Of a DNA stretch of 64,000 nt, positions 40,289 through 46,954 are shown piece after piece. The position numbers and the translations under genes are program-made. A model generated the notes under the pieces. The model ran no database searches and was not told where the DNA came from. It saw only the letters and a list, made by a program, of their open reading frames with translations. The stretch is from a virus, in the IMG/VR virus record IMGVR_UViG_3300020430_000008, positions 77,218 through 141,217 of that record; one strand, given 5' to 3'. Each line of letters opens with the position of its first letter. Position 1 is the stretch's first letter.

Positions 40289-40389
40289 TCTTCTGCATTC
40301 CAGCATCCACAACCACTGCAGCACCTGCCTATTGTAAGGTCTGCTAGTTTTCTCGCATAATGCCTAATCTTTTGGATTAATGTTTTCAT
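40285..40389 (-). CDS. 34-aa Cys-rich peptide (not in ORF track)
   Basis: MKTLIQKIRHYARKLADLTIGRCCSGCGCWNAEE; fills the gap exactly, with ATGA coupling downstream. Confidence 0.5.
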   Translation of the reverse strand: MKTLIQKIRHYARKLADLTIGRCCSGCGCWNAEE

Positions 40390-41481
40390 TTAGCAATTAC
40401 AGTCCCATTTTCTTAAGGACTTGTTGATTCTGCTATCTGGATCTCTCTTACCCTTAGCGCCAGTATTCTTCTTTTTCATACCGCACATTCTTGCACAGAA
40501 CGACTTTCTACGCTTTGCAGCTTTACCGCCCTTGCTCTTCTTAGCTTGCTTGGCTGATACAGGAGCCTTTAAATCACTACCGGGATTTTCCTTCTCATAT
40601 GATTTACGACCCTTTGCGTTCAAGCCGCCTTCTTTATTCTTACCAGCCTTTCTTTGCCATGCTGCGCTCTTCTTCTTTTCTTCGATAGCCTCTTCCTCGT
40701 CAAGCATGTCAAGAGTTTCTTGCATTTCAAGCAGCATGTCAGCAACGATTCTATCAACCATTTCCTTTGTATGAGACTTGGTAACCTTACCTTTCTTGGT
40801 GGCAGAAACATATTGCTTACCAGCTTTGGTGCCAGCTTTCTTCTTAGCATTATCGGCTGCTTTTTCATCGGCATCCATTGTCTTCCACTTGGAAGCTGGC
40901 TTGCATCGAGATTGTGAGCCGTCACTACCGTCCTTGGGGTCACCGCAGGGTGAGCCGTCTGAGTGTGTCCAATTTTCCTTTTCCCAGTTGCCCAAGCCAC
41001 CGTCTTCTTCGCTTAGAGTACTCTCATTCTTCTTATCCTTGCCGCCCCTTCCGTAGTTCGGGTCTTTACAATACTTGGAAGCAATCTGTGCCGCTCTTGC
41101 AGACCAGTTGTTGAACTTACCGTCTTCGCCGCGCTTAACCAACTGCCCGCCGATTGTCTTACCGTCAACCCAGTCTTTTCCTGCCTTACAGATTTCGTCT
41201 TCGTTAAGAGCTTCTAAACCTTCGTCAGTCTTCTTACGACAAGAGCCGGGTTCGCCTTCTTTACTGCCCGGTACTCTCTCGTAGCCATCCCAACAATCTT
41301 CTTCAAGCTTCCCATCATCAGTCTGATCTAAAATCTTTTCAATGCGCTCGGCTTGTCCTTTGTGCATTTTTACAGCACCACGGAGTTCGTCTGCGATTTT
41401 CTTGAGTTCTGCTTCTTGTTCTTTGCTGTGTGACTCTGTAAGAAAGTTTCGCCAGTTTTCCATAATTCTTTTCTGTTTCAT
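40390..41481 (-). CDS. Modular basic protein with ENWR-type leader (C-terminal DUF6321-like module)
   Basis: Modules CWDGY...SCRKK, GLGNW.KENW...CG...C.P, AWQRKAGKN..GGLN...RRKSFCARM...LRKWDC. Confidence 0.7.
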   Translation of the reverse strand: MKQKRIMENWRNFLTESHSKEQEAELKKIADELRGAVKMHKGQAERIEKILDQTDDGKLEEDCWDGYERVPGSKEGEPGSCRKKTDEGLEALNEDEICKAGKDWVDGKTIGGQLVKRGEDGKFNNWSARAAQIASKYCKDPNYGRGGKDKKNESTLSEEDGGLGNWEKENWTHSDGSPCGDPKDGSDGSQSRCKPASKWKTMDADEKAADNAKKKAGTKAGKQYVSATKKGKVTKSHTKEMVDRIVADMLLEMQETLDMLDEEEAIEEKKKSAAWQRKAGKNKEGGLNAKGRKSYEKENPGSDLKAPVSAKQAKKSKGGKAAKRRKSFCARMCGMKKKNTGAKGKRDPDSRINKSLRKWDCNC

Positions 41482-42197
41482 TGTACTCTCCTGTGACATT
41501 GCTCTGGGTCAACGAATATTGAATCATCGATTGGTCCATCGATGGTATAACCTAGACTAAGTAGTTCGTTTCCCCAACGTGCTTCCATTTTTTCTATCAA
41601 TTTGTCGTTGTAGTATTTTTTATATCCTGATGTGTGGTGCCGGTTGACATTTACCCTGCCAAGTCTGACCTTTGCACCAGTATGTGTGTCTAAATCAAAC
41701 TCATCAATAATCTTATCCCAGCCTTCATTTACTTTCTCGTATCTGATTAAGATTTGCGGCATGCATTTGTTGCCAGAATATATCTGCTCATGAATCCAGT
41801 TATGCGGTTGCATAAAGTTTATTGTTTCGGTATCGCAAATCAAATCAACAAATTGCTCAAATGATTTCCACATTCCAATATTAACAACTTCTTTGCCGAT
41901 ACCGCGCCCTCTTGAGTGGTGTTCATAAAAACTGGTAATCCAGTCATAAGGATTTCTAATAACAGCAACCCAAGCCATATCATAATCCCGCGCACGCTCA
42001 GGCGGGGTGGTTTCGTCCGCTATGCCGTGCCAATCCCAATTCTCTACTAAGTGATCATAGTTTCTATGCGTAGTGGTGTAGCGAATCTTTAAACTGTTGA
42101 TTCTAATCATCTCGACAGCGCTGGTGCTCGCTGTTTTTGGCACGCGAATATAAGCTAACTGTTTGCCGGCAAGCTTTTCCCAATCCGGCTCAAACAT
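41478..42197 (-). CDS. Sulfotransferase family 2 protein
   Basis: YIRVPKTASTS, VIRNPYD...S. Confidence 0.8.
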   Translation of the reverse strand: MFEPDWEKLAGKQLAYIRVPKTASTSAVEMIRINSLKIRYTTTHRNYDHLVENWDWHGIADETTPPERARDYDMAWVAVIRNPYDWITSFYEHHSRGRGIGKEVVNIGMWKSFEQFVDLICDTETINFMQPHNWIHEQIYSGNKCMPQILIRYEKVNEGWDKIIDEFDLDTHTGAKVRLGRVNVNRHHTSGYKKYYNDKLIEKMEARWGNELLSLGYTIDGPIDDSIFVDPEQCHRRVQ

Positions 42198-42619
42198 TAT
42201 TCTTCCGAGATGGGGTCGCGAATGTATTTCACCCACGCATATCTAGGTCTATTGGGCAAGTAATCTTCATCCTTGTCGTTCGTATAGGCTTCACGTTCAA
42301 ACGGACTTTCATAATAAGCCTTTGCGCCATCGCGATATCTAACTAAACCAACAAGCCAAAAAAGACCATACAACAACCACTGAAACACAAACAGCAACTC
42401 AAGCTGTTGTTGGAAGTGGATTGTTTCATGACGCACAGTCTCCGCTGCTGCTGCCTTACGAGACTTGCCTGCAATCTTTTTCAAATCTAAGTTACCGGTA
42501 CACCACACCCAACAGCCAAAGCTGATTGCATAGATATTGATTGGTGATAATTTAGAAAGCCAAATCGGTACTTTACTGTTTGAATAAATAATTGGTTTCC
42601 ATTCTTTGATAGGTTTCAT
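42197..42619 (-). CDS. HExxH membrane-associated protein
   Basis: HETIHFQQQLE...PFEREAY. Confidence 0.7.
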   Translation of the reverse strand: MKPIKEWKPIIYSNSKVPIWLSKLSPINIYAISFGCWVWCTGNLDLKKIAGKSRKAAAAETVRHETIHFQQQLELLFVFQWLLYGLFWLVGLVRYRDGAKAYYESPFEREAYTNDKDEDYLPNRPRYAWVKYIRDPISEE

Positions 42620-42837
42620 AGTCCTTCGTCAACGCTCCTTATTGCTTCTTCAACGTTAGCTCCCTGAGATACAAGTTCAACAACCTGTTGAACAGCTTTC
42701 TCCAGTCAACCAGCGGCAAGACCCTCAGCAGAAAAGAATTCTCTTGCCTGTCTCGCAGCTTCTTCGGGGCTGGTAGGAATAGCATCTTTAAAATAACTTG
42801 ACTCTCGCCAAGCATCGAATATTTCATTCATTTTCAT
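42616..42837 (-). CDS. 73-aa ORF with an in-frame UGA at codon 44 (selenocysteine/readthrough candidate, or nonsense-disrupted gene)
   Basis: MKMNEIFDAWRE...GLAAG-UGA-LEKAVQQVVELVSQGANVEEAIRSVDEGL; final TGA overlaps the next ATG; hairpin directly 3' of the UGA. Confidence 0.55.
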
Positions 42838-42843
42838 ATCACT

Positions 42844-43002
42844 TTAATTAGTTTGGTTTAGTTTAAATCCCAAATAGCACAACAAACCTGAGCCAAGGGA
42901 CAGCCACATAATGTCTTTAGATCCGATGAAGGTACCAAACCCAAAGAGAGTTAAGTTAACGCCGATGGCGACCAACATTACAACTTGCAATGTGTCCTTC
43001 AT
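42844..43002 (-). CDS. 52-aa two-helix membrane protein (not in ORF track)
   Basis: MKDTLQVVMLVAIGVNLTLFGFG...; AACTATTTAT motif 3 nt upstream. Confidence 0.55.
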   Translation of the reverse strand: MKDTLQVVMLVAIGVNLTLFGFGTFIGSKDIMWLSLGSGLLCYLGFKLNQTN

Positions 43003-43070
43003 GTAATAAATAGTTTTATATGAATCTTATCGACTACTTATAGAGTAGTTACAGCACGGGAGGTACTGAT

Positions 43071-43250
43071 GTGGCTAGTAAGAACTGGAAGATTCTGGCA
43101 TACCTGAGAAATGCACTGGAAGAATCGAAAGAAGAAATTATTAAACCCAAGTCCAAGGAAGATTTGATTGACGATGTAATGAAAATCCGCGAGTTGAAGC
43201 GAGTTGAGTTGACATTGCAACACCTCCTTGACAAAGATGGGGATGAGTAA
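43071..43250 (+). CDS. 59-aa helical protein (rare plus-strand gene)
   Basis: GGAGG RBS, GTG start MASKNWKIL..., upstream GACTACTTAT motif. Confidence 0.6.
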   Translation: MASKNWKILAYLRNALEESKEEIIKPKSKEDLIDDVMKIRELKRVELTLQHLLDKDGDE

Positions 43251-43350
43251 AGAAGAAATAAAACAGATAATCTACGAAGTCGCAGCGATGAGCATCAAAT
43301 ACTTGATGCCTTTGTATGCGGCTCTTTTTATTTATATGCATGTAACATAA
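43243..43350 (+). CDS. 35-aa membrane peptide
   Basis: MSKEEIKQIIYEVAAMSIKYLMPLYAALFIYMHVT; overlaps the previous stop. Confidence 0.45.
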   Translation: MSKEEIKQIIYEVAAMSIKYLMPLYAALFIYMHVT

Positions 43351-43375
43351 AAAAACCCCCTTCCGAAGAAGGGGG
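43349..43375 (-). terminator. Rho-independent terminator
   Basis: CCCCCUUC-UUCG-GAAGGGGG followed by a U7 run; faces the converging plus-strand genes. Confidence 0.9.
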
Positions 43376-43382
43376 CTAGGTT

Positions 43383-43457
43383 GCGGTGAGTCTCAATTTA
43401 CTGTTTTATTTTAGGCATGCATGTCAACAGTAGGGATCGAGAATCGATTTTAGTCGC
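43383..43457 (-). ncRNA. Small structured RNA or 3'-UTR hairpin candidate
   Basis: UCUCGAU/AUUGAGA and UACUGUU/AACAGUA stems enclosing a 20-nt loop. Confidence 0.35.
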
Positions 43458-43460
43458 TGA

Positions 43461-44039
43461 TTACTCGGCGACAGGTGGCGGCTCATTATTTTGAGCAGGG
43501 TCAAAAGATGGACCCTCAGCGATAGTAGTCAACTCGATATCAAAGTTAAGAGACTTGCCTGCCAGTGGATGGTTCAAGTCGAGAGTAACATCGGTATCGG
43601 TAAACGATGCAATAGTAGCAAAGATGGGGCGACCATCTTCGGTTGCACCTTGGCAGGGAGCACCTTCAACAAAAACATATCCATCAGGAAATTGGTTTCG
43701 CTGTACCGTGCTAAATGCCTCTGGGTTTGTGGGACCATATGCTTCCTCGGGTGAGAGAGTAATGGACTTTGTTTGTCCAGCCTTCATTCCGATAAGCGCA
43801 TTCTCGAAACCCTTGATAAGTTGACCAGAGCCAACTTGAACTTTGATAGTCTCATTTCGATCATACGAACTATCGAACAGAGTTCCATCCGTGAACGTTC
43901 CCTTGTAATGCAACTCGACAAAGTTCCCCTCAGTCACAAGTGGTGTCTTCTTACGAGTTGTTTTCTTCTTGGCTGCGGTCTTCTTCGCAGTCGTCTTTTT
44001 TGCAGTTGATTTAGCTGCAGTCTTTTTGGTTGTTGCCAT
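43461..44039 (-). CDS. FKBP-type (SlyD/SlpA-like) peptidyl-prolyl isomerase with K/A/T-rich N-terminal tail
   Basis: HYKG..DG..FDSS, LIKGFE.AL.GM, PEEAYG, DLNHPLAGK.L.F. Confidence 0.93.
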   Translation of the reverse strand: MATTKKTAAKSTAKKTTAKKTAAKKKTTRKKTPLVTEGNFVELHYKGTFTDGTLFDSSYDRNETIKVQVGSGQLIKGFENALIGMKAGQTKSITLSPEEAYGPTNPEAFSTVQRNQFPDGYVFVEGAPCQGATEDGRPIFATIASFTDTDVTLDLNHPLAGKSLNFDIELTTIAEGPSFDPAQNNEPPPVAE

Positions 44040-44093
44040 TTGTTGTATATACTCCAATATTGGTTTTGCGCAATGCGACTTTTTATCTTCTCT

Positions 44094-44122
44094 AATTTAA
44101 CACACCATAAATGACATGTCAA
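44094..44122 (-). promoter_or_regulatory. Sigma70-type promoter
   Basis: TTGACA-17 nt-TAAATT upstream of the FKBP gene. Confidence 0.65.
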
Positions 44123-44136
44123 GTATTTTTTTTAAA

Positions 44137-44470
44137 TGGTGGAGATGGCGGGAGTCGAACCCGCGTCCAAGATAAATCCAATTCTAGTCATTCACAAGTT
44201 TAGTCAGTTTCTATCAGCCCCTGACAAAGTAGATGGCTATAAGATATCGCTTACCATCCTGTTGCGATAAATGATTTGATTTTTACAACTGCTCTGTTGT
44301 TTTGACCAGATTGGAAAGAAGGCTCTGGTCAGCCTCCCGATTAAGCCGCTAGGCGTGCAGAATCGAAGTGATTGTTGTTATTTGCAACTATTGTTTTTGA
44401 ACTGTTAAGGTCGTATCTAACCTACTTGCACTATTCCTCTTTATTACCCTGTCGAATCCTAGTCATCCCC
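44137..44470 (-). ncRNA. ssrA: tmRNA; tag (A)ANNNNHFDSARLAA at 44341-44385
   Basis: 5' GGGGAUGACUAGGAUUCGAC; 3' GCGGGUUCGACUCCCGCCAUCUCCACCA; G3-U70 Ala acceptor; tag ORF ends LAA-stop. Confidence 0.95.
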
Positions 44471-44686
44471 TTTCTTCTTTCTTTTTTTCTTGGTGATCAC
44501 GCCAAGTGGCTGACCGCTTTCTCCGTCCAGCCAAATGACGATCTCATCCTTACTTTCTTCTTTTACCGCATTGAGATACTGTATCTCTTTCTTTGCCTTC
44601 TTGAGCGCTGCTGATTCGCTGGAGTGACTACTAAGTAGTTCTCCTTGAATATAGTGCCCATCCCATTTCCAGACTTTCCAACTCAT
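44459..44686 (-). CDS. Hypothetical protein; last codons overlap the tmRNA 5' end
   Basis: 75-aa ORF ending GGG GAT GAC TAG. Confidence 0.6.
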   Translation of the reverse strand: MSWKVWKWDGHYIQGELLSSHSSESAALKKAKKEIQYLNAVKEESKDEIVIWLDGESGQPLGVITKKKRKKKGDD

Positions 44687-44712
44687 TTATCTTACTCATG
44701 ATACCCTATCAA

Positions 44713-44909
44713 AACTCTATAAAAGATTGCTAGCACTCCTTGCGTCTAGCTTGCCAGCCTATCTTCAACTACCATCCCTTCTTAACTGTCCTCAATGTCA
44801 TATGAGGCTTCATGCTCTCCGCATGGTCTGGATTCTACTCTGAGATGGTTAGGTTCGTTTTAGGCATTGAACCGACCCTTTGTTTAGTTGTTAAACCCTT
44901 TATAGAGCC
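44713..44909 (-). ncRNA. Unassigned ~195-nt multi-stem structured RNA candidate
   Basis: 14-bp closing stem, six internal helices and a potential pseudoknot; G-U pairs form on the minus strand. Confidence 0.55.
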
Positions 44910-44927
44910 ATGTAGCTTAATAGGCTC

Positions 44928-45272
44928 TCATCTACTATCCTCATTTATAAAAAAAGATTCTGTGTTATATTGCTTAAGGTTTTTATTCAACTCTGATACT
45001 GTGATTCCTAAGAATCTTGCTGCTTCTTTTTTTGAGCGCGTGGCTGACAATGCATATTTAAGAACAGCATCCCTAGTAATCTCTGGTAGTGATTTCCATA
45101 TGGGAAAACCATAGTATTTACCTCTGAGAGATCTAGTACAAAGTTCAAGCTTGAGTGCTATTACTTCTTCTAGTGTTAAAGAATTAATCATGACTTCAAA
45201 TTCGTCACTAATCTTCTTGTCTTTTTGTAGTTTCTTTGATATACTGTAGTATAAATTCTTTCCAGTTTTCAT
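44928..45272 (-). CDS. Protein with C-terminal Fis-like helix-turn-helix
   Basis: AVLKYALSATRSKKEAARFLGITVSEL matches the Fis/HTH_8 pattern. Confidence 0.65.
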   Translation of the reverse strand: MKTGKNLYYSISKKLQKDKKISDEFEVMINSLTLEEVIALKLELCTRSLRGKYYGFPIWKSLPEITRDAVLKYALSATRSKKEAARFLGITVSELNKNLKQYNTESFFINEDSR

Positions 45273-45315
45273 ATTGCCTTCTAGGAAAGAGTTAGTAGAA
45301 CTTAGTAGCAATTAT

Positions 45316-45344
45316 AATATACACTTTTTGGAAGGTCTTGTCAA
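45316..45344 (-). promoter_or_regulatory. Sigma70-type promoter heading the HTH-ncRNA-tmRNA unit
   Basis: TTGACA-17 nt-TATATT. Confidence 0.7.
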
Positions 45345-45383
45345 GCGAAAAATCAGAAAGATTTCGATCATTTGACATTTTCT

Positions 45384-45860
45384 TTACATACTGTGCTGAT
45401 CGTATTTTCTAATCTTGTCGTAAAGGCTCTTCAAAATTGGAAGGATTGATTGACCTTGATATTTCCCAGCAAGTCTTCCATCTGCTTTTAAAGTTTGAAT
45501 GGCTTGAGGAATGTTCTCTCTGCTGGTATTGTTAATAAATTGTTCCCAAGTGTTAGCGATTATAGCGAGGTCATTCGGTGTATCCCTCAGTCCACTAGAT
45601 ACGCGCGCGGGTTCTTGTTGTCTATAGAACTCATCTCTGTGGGGAGGGAACCCTTCCTTTTCTAATGCCTCAGCATCGTAGACATCCTCACGACTATACT
45701 TCTCAGGATTTGCCAGAACATCTCTTGCCCATTCTTCTTGAGTGCGCTCAGAGCCGTCAGGGTTTTTGCCAAACTGCGAATAGCTCCATGCTTCTTGGAT
45801 AAGATAAATATAAATCTCTTCCTGTACAATTTCGTTAAGTTGTGATTCACTAAGTTTCAT
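45384..45860 (-). CDS. Hypothetical protein with MKLSESQLNEIVQEE leader
   Basis: Leader motif shared with neighbours. Confidence 0.7.
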   Translation of the reverse strand: MKLSESQLNEIVQEEIYIYLIQEAWSYSQFGKNPDGSERTQEEWARDVLANPEKYSREDVYDAEALEKEGFPPHRDEFYRQQEPARVSSGLRDTPNDLAIIANTWEQFINNTSRENIPQAIQTLKADGRLAGKYQGQSILPILKSLYDKIRKYDQHSM

Positions 45861-45861
45861 T

Positions 45862-46938
45862 TTACAATCCTCCGAAGTCTAGCTCGTCATCGCCGCCTTC
45901 TTCTGGCATTGGCTCTTCCATTCCCATCTCTTCTTCTCCCCCGATATCAGTCTCAGCATCCTTCTCTTGTTCATACTCAGGAGTTGTAGGCTCTTCAGGT
46001 GTTCCTTCAAGTTGTGATTCCCATTGATCAAAATACAGCTTGAGGTTAGTAATCAAATAATCGTAATATTGTTTTCTGTCTGCTTCGTTGCCTAAGTTAG
46101 CATACGCCTCAGTAACATTCTTCTCGACCTTGTTCCAAGCATCGAGTGCATAGTTCCTACCGGTCTTGTCTTCGGTGTCGTCAATATCAACACCTGCAGC
46201 AAATTCTTCGCGCTCTGACTCAAGAGGGTCTTCGTCTTTCTCAGGCTCTTGACCGAGCATCGGTGCTGCAGCTTCGACCTCATCTTCGGGAGTGTCGCCT
46301 ACAGAAAGCTCAGCCTCAAACAAGGCTCTCACAGCCTCTTCAAGCGCGCCTAAAGCGTCAGCCTCACCGTCAGCCTCACCAGCACCGTCAGCGGCGTTAG
46401 GAAGCCCGCTAACGCGCTCAATGCCCAATGCCTTTACAACAGCGTTGATGATATGGGCGCGGAACGACTGTCTTTGCTCAGGAGCGGTGGTAAGCGTCTT
46501 ATAAGCTTTCTCCAACTCGGACAAAGTATTAGTGTTTAGCAGCATCTGGTCAAGAGCGTTGCCACCAGTATTCATTGTTGGGGCATCCGTCGCTGAATCG
46601 TCTTCGTTAATAAGGCTGCGAATAATATTACGCAGTTTAGTTTCTTCAAGGCTCATTTCTTGTTTGAGTTTAGCGATTGCTTTGTCAAGCTTATTATTGC
46701 GATCAAGTCTTGGGTTGTAATCGATTCGCACATGCACGCCATTGACTGGATCATAACGATAATTGGGAATCTTTTCGTCACGCCCGCCAGCCTTCACTAA
46801 TGGATTTCTTTGGGGTCCACCGACAGCACGACCCGGTACATAGCGCTCTTCGGCTAAGCGCTTCTTGCGTACAACACGGATTGCTTTGCGGATATTCTCA
46901 CGCAGCAGCATCTCGTTATAAAAATCTAAACGGTTCAT
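45862..46938 (-). CDS. Acidic hypothetical protein (putative head/core protein)
   Basis: LRENIRKAI and LRNIIRSLINE motifs; acidic tail. Confidence 0.7.
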   Translation of the reverse strand: MNRLDFYNEMLLRENIRKAIRVVRKKRLAEERYVPGRAVGGPQRNPLVKAGGRDEKIPNYRYDPVNGVHVRIDYNPRLDRNNKLDKAIAKLKQEMSLEETKLRNIIRSLINEDDSATDAPTMNTGGNALDQMLLNTNTLSELEKAYKTLTTAPEQRQSFRAHIINAVVKALGIERVSGLPNAADGAGEADGEADALGALEEAVRALFEAELSVGDTPEDEVEAAAPMLGQEPEKDEDPLESEREEFAAGVDIDDTEDKTGRNYALDAWNKVEKNVTEAYANLGNEADRKQYYDYLITNLKLYFDQWESQLEGTPEEPTTPEYEQEKDAETDIGGEEEMGMEEPMPEEGGDDELDFGGL

Positions 46939-46954
46939 GTTATTAAATAGTCTC

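Noticed and set aside
42639-42827. 62-aa ORF in the track as the real gene at this locus
   Set aside because: It lacks coupling to neighbours and the leader motif; the UGA-containing frame fits the locus better, although this frame cannot be fully excluded
44713-44909. RNase P RNA or complete group I intron
   Set aside because: No GAGGAAAGUCC conserved region; no room for P4-P6 and no interrupted gene
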